From Octopus vulgaris (lineage: Eukaryota), in contig OX597839.1 of the NCBI GenBank assembly GCA_951406725.2, positions 27,590,001 to 27,654,000 on the forward strand: a DNA stretch of 64,000 nucleotides. The letters are read 5' to 3'. Both the position numbers and the translations under genes were made by a program. Under the pieces are notes generated by a model that worked only from the letters and a program-made list of their open reading frames with translations, searched no databases and had not been told where the DNA came from. This document shows positions 14,175 through 27,251 of the stretch, in pieces (position 1 is the first letter of the stretch; the number at the start of each line of letters is the position of its first letter).

Positions 14175-15884
14175 TGCGGGGCAGGACGGTGCACGACTTC
14201 TGTCTTTTGAGTACTGGTTGTGAGGCCTAAGCTGTTGCAGGCAGTGGAAAAAACAGTTCATGCTCGGCTGCATCTAAACCTGTGTAGTAGTGCTGAGTGT
14301 GGAATCGTCTGCAAACAAGAGGTTGCGCGCTGAGTCCTCTTCCATCTTGGGTTTGGCCTATGATGAAGAGTCTGTCACCAGTCCTGAAATCTGATCTTGA
14401 CGTTGGTTTCGTCAAGATCAGTTTCAGACAATTAGATGTCAATATTTGCTGTGTGGTTGTATTCAGACGTCTTTTTTTTACGATTGGACAGGTGAAACGC
14501 TGGGTTGGTAATGAGCAGGTCATGCGCCACAGGTTTTCAGCGGTAGACGACCATTGTTGTTTTTGCCAATTCCGTTTCTCTCAATAACTCTCTGCCATGC
14601 CTGGTAGTCTATTCCAGCTCTGGCCTTGAAGCTGCCCAGTACGACAAGCTTGTCCTCTTTAGTCACGACTGCTTTGAGAGTTTCCAAGTTTTCATAAAAC
14701 TTGTCTTTGTCTTCCTCGGAGTTTGCATGGTGGGGGCATTGGCACTAATGGTGGTGGTATGGCGCTTTCCCCTAACAGGAAGCCGCAGTCGAACATTCAC
14801 TCCTTTGGGGAAGCTTGTTAGCTTTCTGATCAGACAAGATCTGTGTTGGCAAAAGCCTCTCCTGCTTCACGACGTCCATCGTTACTACGACCATTCCAGA
14901 AGTAGGTGTAACCGGTTTTGACCTCAGTCACTGATTTATGTCTGTAAGCCTGGACTCGCCCAGAGCTGCGATGTGGATTTTGTCCTACCAAGTTCTCTTG
15001 TAACAAATGCTGACCGGTTCTGAAGATTTTGCCTAGGAGTTGTCCATGAGCGTTCACACATTCCATGTGCCAATGGTGAGCGATATCACTGATGTTTTCG
15101 TCTTGGTGTTTTGCCCGCATGGTTGAGGTTCCCGCCTGCTGCAGTATGCAGGCCAGAGTGAGGTGAAGAGGGTTATGCTTAGGGTACCTTTTCTACTCCT
15201 TCCTCGGGGCCATGGAAGTGAACAGAGCAATCCTAGAGACGGCAGTCCTTAGACACCAAGGAGGCTGCCAAACGACACTGCGGCTTCGGTCAGTTCGGTC
15301 AGTCGCCTGCCTGTAGGTCTGTAACTACAGTTTCTAGTTGATCCATACCTGTCCATCGCCACAGAACTTCAAGGTGGGGCTGGGATGAGATATCTTGATT
15401 TGCGCATGACATGGATTAAGGTTGGGAAGGGTTGCGCAACGTCATCTGCCTTTCTCTCTCGTCCCTTCCTATCTGATACCAGTGGCAGAACGAAGTGAAG
15501 AAAACTAGAGATACGCCGGGATGCAGAAGATGGCCGCAGTGTCCGTGTCTCATTGTGCTCTGTCCACCCCAAAAATGCTTGCTGGACCGCCCCCCTGACC
15601 GTTGAACCAATCTAGTGGTTTCCTCTGCAGAGTCCGCCGGGTCCAGTTTTCACATACATAAATAGACAAGCCCTTTGCTCACCGAGAGTTGAAAGCCATC
15701 GGTTATCCACGCCATGGTTTAGCCAGCCTGTGGAGGCCGCTTCCCGGATGTGGCCGCAGTAGTATGCAGACAGCTTCGGGGTCCCACAGGTGAGAACTAG
15801 GTGTTAGCAAGAACCTAAACGGATGAACTGCTCCGAAAAATACCACTTGTTCCTCCGTCAGAGGTACGAACCCACCTAGACGCC

Positions 15885-15888
<4 letters not shown>
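14175..15888 (-). mobile_element. RTE-clade LINE, internally deleted (5' UTR, APE endonuclease, fragment of RT)
   Basis: Motifs IGTWNV*TLMDN, GYTYFWNGRS..GRREAGEAFA, DKDKFYENL and LLITNPAF..SNRK, then an abrupt jump to RT RNLLFADD...GLTTSTQKTEV; many stops and frameshifts. Confidence 0.85.
15709..15844 (-). ncRNA. Degenerate HDV-like ribozyme near the RTE 5' end
   Basis: Ordered elements: P1 ggtatttttcggag, then cacctagtt ctcacctgtggg, P1' accccgaagct, then J4/2 ggCTAA accatgg. The P1.1 GG appears mutated. Confidence 0.4.
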
Positions 15889-15926
<38 letters not shown>

Positions 15927-16091
15927 TACATACATACATACATACATACATAAACAGAGCCTTGTGAGTGGATTTGGTAGACGGAAACTCAAAGAAGCCC
16001 GTCTGTGTGTTGTGTTCTTGTGCAAGACTATTTCACGTTGCTCCAGTTCACTCAGCTTGTGCCTCGGAAGCAGATATACGGAGAGGAAGAT

Positions 16092-16162
<71 letters not shown>

Positions 16163-16219
16163 GTAGAAGGGGAGAGAGAGAATGACTAATGGAGATCAAC
16201 AGATACACACTGCTACATA

Positions 16220-16265
<46 letters not shown>

Positions 16266-16334
16266 CCCAGACATCATACACTTGCAACCGAATGTGTATG
16301 CACTGATGTGTTTGCGGCGATAGTGATATATGCC

Positions 16335-16778
16335 GTATATCGAACGTCGAATGTAGAATATATATTTTAGTATCGAAATAACTCCTCATACATTTTAATA
16401 GCAAAACTTATTTTTTTATTAAAATATTCACCCTGCTCTTGCAGAGTATCGAACATCGAATGAAGAGTGTTGCAATATTGTAGAAGTAATTTTAAATGCT
16501 CGGACATTCTAAGCAACAAGCATTCTTTATTAAAATAGCCGCCATGTTTACGCGGTACATATAACATCGAACGAAAAATAAATGTTGCTTTATTAGAAAA
16601 ATTTATTTGAAATGCTCAAACAGTTTAATAGCAACACTTTACCTTTTATTAAAATACTTACACCATGTTCATTGAATGAAGAATATGTGTCGCTTTATTA
16701 TAGAAGTAACTTGAAACGATGCTCAAAGCCCAGACATTTTGAAAACAACGAACTAAATTTTTATTAAAATACTCACCA
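16335..16778. repeat. Diverged tandem repeat, 4 units of 110-120 bp
   Basis: tttattaaaata at ~16415, 16526, 16645 and 16760, with recurring catcgaa and aaatgctc. Confidence 0.65.
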
Positions 16779-17198
16779 TAGGCGCAGGAGTGGCTGTGTG
16801 GTAAGAAGCTTGCTTACCAACCACATGGTTCCGGGTTCAGTCCCACTGCGTGGCATCTTGGGCAAGTGTCTTCTGCTATAGCCCCGGGCCGACCAATGCC
16901 TTGTGAGTGGATTTGGTAGACGGAAACTGAAAGAAGCCTGTCGTATATATGCATATATATATGTGTGTGTGTGTATGTGTTTGTGTGTTTGTGTTTGTCC
17001 CCCTAGCATTGCTTGACAACCGATGCTGGTGTGTTTACGTCCCCGTCACTTAGTGGTTCGGCAAAAGAGTCCGACAGAATAAGTACTGGGCTTACAAAGA
17101 ATAAGTCCCGGGGTCGATTTGCTCGACTAAAGGCGGTGCTCCAGCATGGCCGAGGTCAATTGACTGAAACAAGTAAAAGAGTAAAAGAGTAAAAGAGT
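16779..17198 (+). mobile_element. SINE family A, full length (tRNA head, CORE-like tggcatcttgggcaagtgtctt, internal TA/TG microsatellite, (GTAAAAGA)n tail)
   Basis: A box tggctgtgtggtaag, B box ggttcagtccc; more than 12 full or partial copies in the window. Confidence 0.92.
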
Positions 17199-17601
17199 AT
17201 AGGCGCAGGAGTGGCTGTGTGGTAAGATGCTTGGGTTCAGTCCCGCTGTGTGGCACTTTGGGCAAGTATCTTCTACTATAGCTTTGGGCCGACTAAAGCC
17301 TTGTGAGTGGATTTGGTAAACGGAAACTGAAAGAAGCTCGTCTGTGAGTTGTGTTCTTGAGCAAAACGCTTTATTTCACATTGCTCCAGTTAACTCAGCT
17401 GTAGAAATGAGTTGTGACGTCACTGGTGCCAAGCTGTATCAGCCCCTTTGCCATTCCCTTGGATAACATCAGTGATGTGGAGAGGAGAGGCTGGTATGAA
17501 TGGGCGACTGCTGGTCATTCATACACAACTTTGCTGGACTTGTGCCTCGGATGAAAACTTTCTAGGGGCAATCCCATGGTCATTCATAACCGAAGGGGTC
17601 T

Positions 17602-17602
<1 letters not shown>
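17199..17602 (+). mobile_element. Chimeric SINE: family A head fused to family D body
   Basis: A-type head runs to aagaagctcgtctgtg (~17345); the body then matches 52730-52975 on the minus strand. Confidence 0.7.
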
Positions 17603-17644
<42 letters not shown>

Positions 17645-17663
17645 GTATGTGTGTGTGTGTGTT

Positions 17664-17702
<39 letters not shown>

Positions 17703-17858
17703 GTGTATGTGTGTGTGTTTGTCCCCCCATCACCACTTGACAACCGGTGTTGGTGTGTTCACGTCCCCGTGACTTAGCGGTTCGGCAAAAACCAGGTGGT
17801 GCTATTAAGTTAGACATGGCCAGGGCCAATAATGGCCGAAACCTATCAAAGTATCAAA

Positions 17859-17917
<59 letters not shown>

Positions 17918-18103
17918 TTTATATATTGTTGTATTTCCAGATGATCTTTTTCTTCCTTTTGTTGGCCAAATAAACACACACACCATGTATTTGTTCTTCA
18001 CTCGTTTATTACTGCTCTTATTTTTAACTCATGTCCATCGTCTGGAACAATAATAATCGAGTGACGAACAAATATAGAGTGCGTCAGTTTATTTGGGGGG
18101 AAA

Positions 18104-18616
18104 ATGACCGACCCGAAATACAACAATATATGTTTCAACACACGATTTCACATCATGAATCTTGCAAAACGAACTGATAAACGTATATATACATATATAA
18201 TTGGTAGAACCTATCCTTTTAGTAGAACCCCCTGTACGGATAAGTACTGTACTGTATGTAGATTTAGCCCACAAACAAACTGTAAAGCCAGAAATGTAGT
18301 CTATAGTATAAGATGTATAGATAGACGATGCAGTAACAAGACAACGCCATACGTAGGGGAAACGGGAAGAAGCATAGGAGAGCGGGTAAATGAAAATTGG
18401 AGACAACTCAAGGAAGGTAAAAGCTCATCGATTCTGTACCAACACGCCGAACAGGAACACGGGGGATCAATCAATAACATAGAAATTAAAATATTGTCCA
18501 CACATAGAACAGATGCAACAATTAGACAAATTACAGAAGCTACACACATAATAGAAAATAAACCTAGCCTGAATAGAAAACTAGAATGGAGCACTAGCAT
18601 ACACCACAACATATGA
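18104..18616 (+). pseudogene. Penelope-like element GIY-YIG endonuclease, 5'-truncated (homology from ~18200)
   Basis: Cys linker C-x4-C-x2-C, then NVVYSIRC..C...YVGETGRSIGERVNEN, H-x3-H, R.I.EA.HI....P.LNR..EW; no RT upstream. Confidence 0.88.
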
Positions 18617-19038
18617 CGATAGAGGATCCCGAAAACATAATAAATACACAGATAAATAAACAAATAGAAATAAATAACTATATATATATATATATTCGAT
18701 TCGATTTATTATTATTATTACTAGTATTGTTGTTATACATACATACATACATACATACATACATACATACATACAAGCATATATGATGATAACAATAAGT
18801 GGATGTAAACACATGAACAAAATAAGAATAAACAAAAACAACAAAAACAAAATACAAATTACATGAACATATATAAACAGAAGATACAAATATTACAGGT
18901 ACCCCCCCACACACACACACTAAATAAACATAGACGCACATAGAGATATAAGCATGCGCAAATGAAGACATACAATAGAAATACAAAATGGCTGACGGTT
19001 AGTAAGGAGAGACACAAATAAGAAAGAAGAAAACAAAG

Positions 19039-19082
19039 GACCACTGATGCGGTCACAGGAGTGTGACGAAAGAACTCTGGCC
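19039..19082 (+). ncRNA. Variant hammerhead in the 3' terminal repeat of the Penelope-like element
   Basis: cca-CTGATGC-g-gtcaca ggag tgtgac-GAAA-gaac-TC-tgg; perfect 6-bp stem II, A9 replaced; ~430 bp after the GIY-YIG stop. Confidence 0.55.
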
Positions 19083-19388
19083 GAAATAAGATTAAGATTA
19101 ATGTAAAAAATAAATAACACTGAAGCAAAATAACACCAAATATATAGTGCGTGTGTTTTTATTGGCTAAACTGGCAAAATGACCATTCCGAAATATAACA
19201 ATATTAGATAAGAGAGAAAAATCAATCAGAAAGGAACTCTATCTTTTGATAAGCATAACAAATGCGCAACTGGTAAAAAGAACTTTCACCTAATTAAATA
19301 CACTCTCCCTTACTTAAATTATTTTGTCAGCATTTTCTTCATTTCCTTTTTTATATATATCACAACTCGTGTTCCACATCTCCTTTTT

Positions 19389-19453
<65 letters not shown>

Positions 19454-20232
19454 CAGGGAGAAAGAAGGTAGAGAGAGAGAGAAAAAAAAAGACAGACAGA
19501 CAGAAGCAGTATTAATGCCAAAATATTAAATATTAACCAGCCATCGGGTGTTTACCATTGGCAAGGCCAAAAGAGGCCGATATCTTGTGATGTGGTAGTC
19601 TTGGCAACAGAAGTAGCAGTGATTGTCTGATTCTGGCGATAGCTATGATGTGCCTTTATGCACTAAATAACCATATGAGAGGTTTTCGCTCTTGGCATAT
19701 ATCACAGTATTGGTGCGTTGTAACGCAACATCCACTTTTAAGTGGTGAATATTTTACCTTATACATACATACATACATGCAAAAGGGCAGGTGTTGACGC
19801 ATATATATATGCATGTATATATTTATGTATGTATGTATGTATGTATGTATGTATGTATGTATGTATGTATGTGTGTATGTATGTATGTATGTATGTATGT
19901 ATGTATGTGTGTATGTATGTATGTATGTATGTATGTGTGTATGTATGTATAGTAACTCTTCAGGTTAATGTAAACTTTTCATTATAACTGTGCACTAAAA
20001 CAAACACACGCACACACACACACATGCATATACACACTCACATGCATACATATATATACACACATACAGACGTACGTACATACACACATACATACATACA
20101 TACATACATACATGCTTGCATGCATGCATACATACATACATACATCATACATACATACATACATACATACATGCATGCATGCATGCATGCATGCATACAT
20201 ACATACATGCATGCATTCATACACACATACAT

Positions 20233-20263
<31 letters not shown>

Positions 20264-20272
20264 TACATACAT

Positions 20273-20309
<37 letters not shown>

Positions 20310-20740
20310 TACATACATACATACATACATACATACATACATACATACATACATACATACATACATACGTACATGCATACATACATGGAGTCAGGAATAC
20401 CTAATTAAGTATATATTTCTTTAATTAAAACTAATTCCTCTTTCTTCACTGTTGTTTAATAAAACTAATTATGTATATATACCGACGGCGGAATATAGCG
20501 AACGACCTGTTCACCTGAGTAAGATCTTAAATTAAATCCCTTGCCTGCTTAACCGGATATTGTTAGATCAGGCACCGAAGCTGGATCACAATGCTTTCCT
20601 ATCAAATAATCGATGTTTCGAGGAAAACATATCATTTGCTTCTTGGAACACCTTGTATCACCCTTCCAGCCATTACAAAACAACTCTCTTCATTCATCTA
20701 TTTTTCTTTATCTCTCTATCTCTTTCTTCCTCTCTATCTC

Positions 20741-21150
20741 TCTTTTACTCTTTATTCTTTTACTTGTTTCAGTCATTTGACTGCGGCCATGCTGGAGCAC
20801 CGCCTTTAATCGAGCAACTCGACCCCGGGACTTATTCTTTTTGTAAGCCCAGTACTTATTCTATCGGTCTCTTTTTGCCGAACCGTTAAGTAACGGGGAC
20901 ATAAACACACTAGCATCGGTTGTCAAGCAATGCTAGGGGGACAAACACAGACACACAAACACACACACGCATATATATATATACACGACGGGCTTCTTCC
21001 AGTTTCCGTCAACCAAATCCACTCACAAGGCTTTGGTCGGCCCGAGGCTATAGTAGATGACACTTGCTCAAGGTGCCACGCAGTGGGACTGAACCCAGAA
21101 CCATGTGGCTGGTAAGCAAGCTACTTACCACACAGCCACTCCTGCGCCTA
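20741..21150 (-). mobile_element. SINE family A, full length
   Basis: Reverse complement of 16779-17198. Confidence 0.92.
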
Positions 21151-21534
21151 TCTGTTTATTATTCATCTATTTCTCTATTCGTATTGTTACCTGTATCTTT
21201 CTCTGAGTCTCTCTCATTATCTAACCGTGTAAGGCGGCGAGTTGGCAGAAACGTTAGCACACCGGGAGAAATGCTTAGCAGTATTTCGTCTGCCGTTACG
21301 TTCTGAGTTCAAATTCCACCGCGGTAGACTTTGCCTTTCATCCAATATATATATATATATATATATATTGGAAGGTTTGGAGATGATGCACAGGTGTTTT
21401 ATATTAGAAGAAATTAAACACTCAGAAATTCGGATGGTTTTATATTTACAGATATTTATTTGTATATTACATGTTTTTATACATCATATATCATATATAG
21501 CGCTTTCGTCCAATGTATGTATGTTTGTATCTAC

Positions 21535-21590
<56 letters not shown>

Positions 21591-21657
21591 CTATCTACCT
21601 ATCTATCTATCTAACTATATGTCTATCTATCTGTGTCTATCTTTCTATGTCTATTTA

Positions 21658-21700
<43 letters not shown>

Positions 21701-21720
21701 GTCTGTCTATCTACTTATCC

Positions 21721-21786
<66 letters not shown>

Positions 21787-22047
21787 TTTTCTGTCTGTCT
21801 GTCGCTCTAATTAAAATATTTAATGTATCTCAACCAAACGTATCAGAAACACGAGTGTTGAAATTTCATAATGCCGGAAGTCACATGTTCACTAAACTCC
21901 ATAACATTGTACCGGAAGTAAGAGCAAATTGCTGCCGAATAGATACCTCAGATTTCTTGTAATCTATCGGCTTCCCAATATGTCTGCCATTTCAATCATG
22001 GTTCTCCTTCTCTTGTTAACAGCAAACTTGTGTGTAATTACTGTTTA

Positions 22048-22049
<2 letters not shown>

Positions 22050-22092
<43 letters not shown>

Positions 22093-22750
22093 GTGTATGT
22101 GTGTGCGTGGTGTGTGTGTGTGCGTGGTGTATGTGTGTGCGTGGTGTATGTATGTGGGTGTGTGCGTGGTGTATGTATGTGGGTGTGTAGTGTTTGTGTG
22201 TATGGTGTGTGTGTGTGTGTGTGTGTGTGCGTGGTGTATGTGTGTGCGTGGTGTATGTGTGTGCGTGGTGTGTGTGTGTGCGTGGTGTATGTGTGTGCGT
22301 GGTGTATGTGTGTGCGTGGTGTATGTGTGTGCGTGGTGTATGTATGTGGGTGTGTGCGTGGTGTATGTATGTGGGTGTGTAGTGTTTGTGTGTATGGTGT
22401 GTGTGTGTGTGTGGCGTGTGTGTGCGTGTGTGTATGTATGTGGGTGTGTAGTGTTTGTGTGTATGGTGTGTGTGTGTGTGCGTGGTGTATGTGTGTGCGT
22501 GGTGTATGTGTGTGCGTGGTGTATGTATGTGGGTGTGTAGTGTTTGTGTGTATGGTGTGTGTGTGGCGTGTGTGTATGTGGTTTGTGTGTATGGTGTGTG
22601 ATGTGCATGTGTGTGTGGTCTGTGTATGTGGTATGTGTGTGTGGTCTGTGTGCGTGTGTGCGGTACGTGCGGTGTGTGCGCGCGTGTGTATGTGGTGTTT
22701 GCGTATGTGTGTGTCGTGTGTTTGTGTGTATGGCGCGCATGTGTGTGTAT
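22050..22750. repeat. GT-rich minisatellite (gtgcgtggtgtatgt units)
   Basis: Read directly; internal duplications of ~180 bp. Confidence 0.9.
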
Positions 22751-22985
22751 TTTGTAATATTTATACGTTTTCTTAATTTGTTTGCACCTTTTTGGAAACG
22801 CGTTTCGCTCCTCGGTGTTAAATTTTCAAAGCTGATATGAAGCGAAAATGGCGAAGATACATGTTTTTCTCGACTTGTTTCTATCATCAGGAAGAGAATA
22901 GAATTATTAGATCTGATTACACTTGCTGTTATTTGAGAAACTTGATCTTGTTTCGAATGTTTTTCTCCATCTACGATCTAAAGTA

Positions 22986-23387
<402 letters not shown>

Positions 23388-23388
<1 letters not shown>

Positions 23389-23782
23389 TTGTTCCCTAGG
23401 CACAAGGCCCGAAATTTGGGAGGAGGGGGCCAGTCGATTATATCGACCCCACTATGCAACTGGTACTTAATTTATCGACTCCGAAAGGATGAAACGCAAA
23501 GTCGACCTCGGCGGAATTTGAACTCAGAACGTGTAGACAGACGAAATACCTATTTCTTTACTACCCACAAGGGGCTAAACACAGAGGGGACAAACCTGGA
23601 CAGACAAACGGATTAAGTTGATTATATCGACCCAGTGCGTAACTGGTACTTAATTTATTGACCCCGAAAGGATGAAAGGCAAAGTCGACCTCGGCGGAAT
23701 TTGAACTCAGAATGTAAAGACAGACGAAATAACGCTAAGCATTTCGCCCGGCGTGCTAACGCTTCTGCCAGCTCGCCGCCTT
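23388..23782 (-). mobile_element. SINE family C dimer
   Basis: Two tandem units of ...gttctgagttcaaattccgccgaggtcgactttg...tcatcctttcgg.gtc.ataaattaagtaccag (Meta-domain-like core). Confidence 0.85.
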
Positions 23783-24001
23783 GCACTCTCTCTATATATT
23801 ATAGGTTATGTCAATGTGTGGTAAGATGCTTGCTTTCCAGCCACATGGTTCCGGGTTCAGTCCCTCTGCATAGCACCTTGGCTAGGTGTCTTCTACTACA
23901 GCCTTGCGAGTGGATTTAGTAGACGGAAGCTGAAAGAAGCCCGCCGTATGTATATGTATATGTCGTATGTATATGTACATATATATGTATGTGTGTATGT
24001 T

Positions 24002-24033
<32 letters not shown>

Positions 24034-24119
24034 TTTATGTATGTATGTATGTATGTATGTATGTATGTATGTATGTATGTATGTATGTATATGTGTTTGT
24101 GTCTAAATGTTTTCAGAGG

Positions 24120-24236
24120 CCCTTAAAGTACTGCTATAGATTTCCAATTTGCTACCTTGTTGCGTGGACCCCCCCCCAAAAAAAAAATATTACATGGACT
24201 CTGCAGGGCCATATGAATCCCGGTTGAGAACCACTG
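24120..24236. mobile_element. hAT/Charlie-like MITE terminus
   Basis: ggttgagaaccactg (reverse complement cagtggttctcaacc); similar ends at ~207-220 and ~6640-6651. Confidence 0.4.
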
Positions 24237-25011
24237 TTCCAGAGAAATGAGCCTCACGACGTGGGACTGCCCGTTGCAGTGAGTGTCTCCGGACATACTT
24301 CGTGGTAACGCCTTTGCAATCCTGTCTGCAAAGCGCAGCCACACATGCCGTTTGTTTTGGGGTGTACCACCCGTTACTCACTACTCCTTATCTTCTGCGG
24401 CATAATTAGCTCCCATTCTTTTCTGGTGTTTATTCCCTTGGTGAGGTTGTCAGGGGTTTCTTTCCTTGACAGTTTCATCTTTTATACTTTTCATGTTTTT
24501 TTCAATCTTTCCTTTCTGTAAAAATGTTGTTAATATAAATTGTCAGTATAGGCACAGGTCTGGTTACGTGGTAAGAAGCTTGCTTACCAACCACATGGTT
24601 CCGGGTTCAGTCCCACTGCGTGGCATCTTGGGCAAGTGTCTTCTACAATAGCCTCAAACCGACCAAAACCTTGTGAGTGGATTTGGTAGTCGGAAACTGA
24701 AAGAAGCCCGTCGTATATATGTAGACTTGTAAGTCGGAGAGAAGGAACTGGAAAGGGGACTTGATCTCGGACAGTGAGGTCCCCTCGATTATCCTTTCTC
24801 TATCAGGAGGGCTACATCTCTAATTTTGTATGCTACGTATATGTCCCTTCTTTTTCGGAGCTTACCATGTATACTTCCCCTTTTTTTCTATTTTATCACT
24901 TCGTTATAAGTAAACCACACTTTATGTCTCTCTTTTGTCCATCTCATCTTTCGTCCTTATCACAAATAAATGAAATTATTATTATTATCATTATTATTAT
25001 TATTATTATTA

Positions 25012-25395
25012 CTTTTTTTTTTCTTCTTTCAAATTTGCTTCCATTTCTTGCCGAGTGTCTTCCCGACTCCTAGGGCAAAGAAACTCATAGTATACATTGG
25101 TAGGCCATTAAACCAAACTCAGTAGTTCGTTCATTTTTTTTTTATTATTTTTTTTTAAGTTAAATTAAAATACATGAGCAGCAACAGCTCTCACAGCGAC
25201 AATGCTCTTCTCAATATGTGTGATGTACCAGTTAAGACAATCTTTTGCACTTCTTGCAGGGATGGTAAGCCAGGGATCATTCTCATATAATTTTCGGTTC
25301 CCTTCTTGATCATTCCTAGTGCTCCTACGATCACTGGTATTGTAACCGCCTTGAGATGCCACATTTTCTCAATTTCAATGAGCTATTTTCTCAAT
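25012..25395 (-). mobile_element. R4/Dong-clade LINE 3' fragment (family 2) in (TAA)n
   Basis: KMWHLKAVTIPVIVGALGMIKKG....IPG.PSLQEVQKIVLTGTSHILRRAL*; ATT repeats on both sides. Confidence 0.8.
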
Positions 25396-25427
25396 TTCAA
25401 TGAGCCATTTTCTCAATTTCAATGAGC

Positions 25428-25476
<49 letters not shown>

Positions 25477-25498
25477 CATAATAATAATAATAATAATA

Positions 25499-25554
<56 letters not shown>

Positions 25555-25775
25555 TATTTGTGAGGTGCCGAACTGGCAGAATCATGAGCACACCGGACAG
25601 ACTGCTTTGAAGTATTTTGACCGTCTTTAACCTTCTGCGTTCAAATGCTGCCGAGGTCGACTTTGCCTTTCATCCTTTCAGAATCGATAAAATAAGTACC
25701 ATTTGAGCACTGGGGTCGGTGTAATTGGCTTACTCACTCCCCACCAACTTACTGGCCTTGTGCCAACTTTAAATC

Positions 25776-25832
<57 letters not shown>

Positions 25833-25842
25833 CATTATTATT

Positions 25843-26562
25843 TCCTCTTTATCAAAGGTTTTGTTGAAACGAAAGGAATCTTGCATGCGTAACGGGTTGC
25901 TACTTGCAACCTACAGTACCATGCTATTCGCTCCTTTCAGCTATCTAATATTTTCCTGATTATTCTGGCCGTGCCAAAGAGGCAAACCCTTTGTAACAAT
26001 TCTGCTGGGTGCTCTATTCCAATTTCCTTTATTTTCCTCTTGGTCCCTTCTGATACAGTCCCCAAGAAACCAACAATAATTGGCATTATCTTTACCTTCT
26101 TCATTTTCCAGAGCCGGGCTATTTCGTACTTAAGAGAGTTGTATTTATCTATCTTTTCGCGTTCTTTCTTGATTATTTGTGGGTCAAAAAGGGCATGCAA
26201 CATCAACTATATAGCATATGTGGTGCACCTTGTCCACCACCACTAAGTCCGGTCTCTTATGCTCTAACACCTGATCTGTTTGGACTGGGAAATCCCAGAG
26301 GATTTTGCTAGTCTCCGACCCCACCGCTCTCTGCGGTTTGTGCTCGTACCGTATCTTGTCTCTCTCTAGATCCCACTTTTTGCACAGTTTCCATTGTAAC
26401 AGTTTTGCTACCTGGTCGTGTCGCCACAACTTGTAGTGGTTTTGGGCAAGTTTAGGGCATTCGTTCGTGATATGAGCAATGGTTTCATCCACCCTATTGT
26501 AGATGCGGCACAGCGGAGACACTTGCACATTCCTAAGGTTGGCCTTCCAGTTCGTGGCCATT
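25843..26562 (-). mobile_element. R4/Dong-clade LINE 3' fragment (zinc knuckle and restriction-like endonuclease)
   Basis: CRI..ETIAHI.NECP.LA...Y..RHD..., ILWDF..QTD..LEHKRPDLVVVD...VDVACPF / EK.DKY..LK.EI.RLW..PIIVG.LG; 1-bp frameshift near 26190; 3' end abuts (TAA)n. Confidence 0.9.
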
Positions 26563-26577
26563 ATTATTACCATTACT

Positions 26578-27133
26578 AAGTGAGAGAGCAGTGCATGCCA
26601 TCAAAGTGACACTATGGTAAAATATACAAAGCCCAGTATACCCATCATGACTACCCGTTTGATAAGGGTACCCTAGGCGCATGCATCACAACCATATGTG
26701 CGCGACGTGGTGATCTCATTTCAAGATAAACAGCGTATGACCTTGCAGGTGGGACCCAGTTAGAATTTTCTTCAAGTCGAGTAGCCTATCCCGATCAATA
26801 AGTCCTTGAATAAGGGTTGTATGAGGATGTTGAACGAAACACCCATGTTTGCAAAGGTGAATTATCTAAACCTCCAAAGAATTCCTCTCATCACATGGCT
26901 ATGATGCTCCCCCACTACTTCTGCTCGTGATCAGAGATACACATATCGTCAGCCACTAAGGGACATGGTCAACTGGTTATGGTCAAACAACTGACAAGCA
27001 AATCTGTGGTATTGAGCAGAATATTTGCTGTAGCCCATCTTTTATGCCAAGACAAAACAATGTACATGGTAGCACTTCCAGTCAGTTAAGATCAGAAACC
27101 ACGGGAGCCACTGCCTGGTACTGCTACAGGGCA
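26578..27133. mobile_element. ~555-bp non-coding element embedded in (ATT)n, copy 1
   Basis: Colinear end to end with 50526-51080; both copies are flanked by ATT repeats. Confidence 0.8.
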
Positions 27134-27142
27134 TTATCATCA

Positions 27143-27194
<52 letters not shown>

Positions 27195-27201
27195 CATCAT
27201 T

Positions 27202-27251
<50 letters not shown>

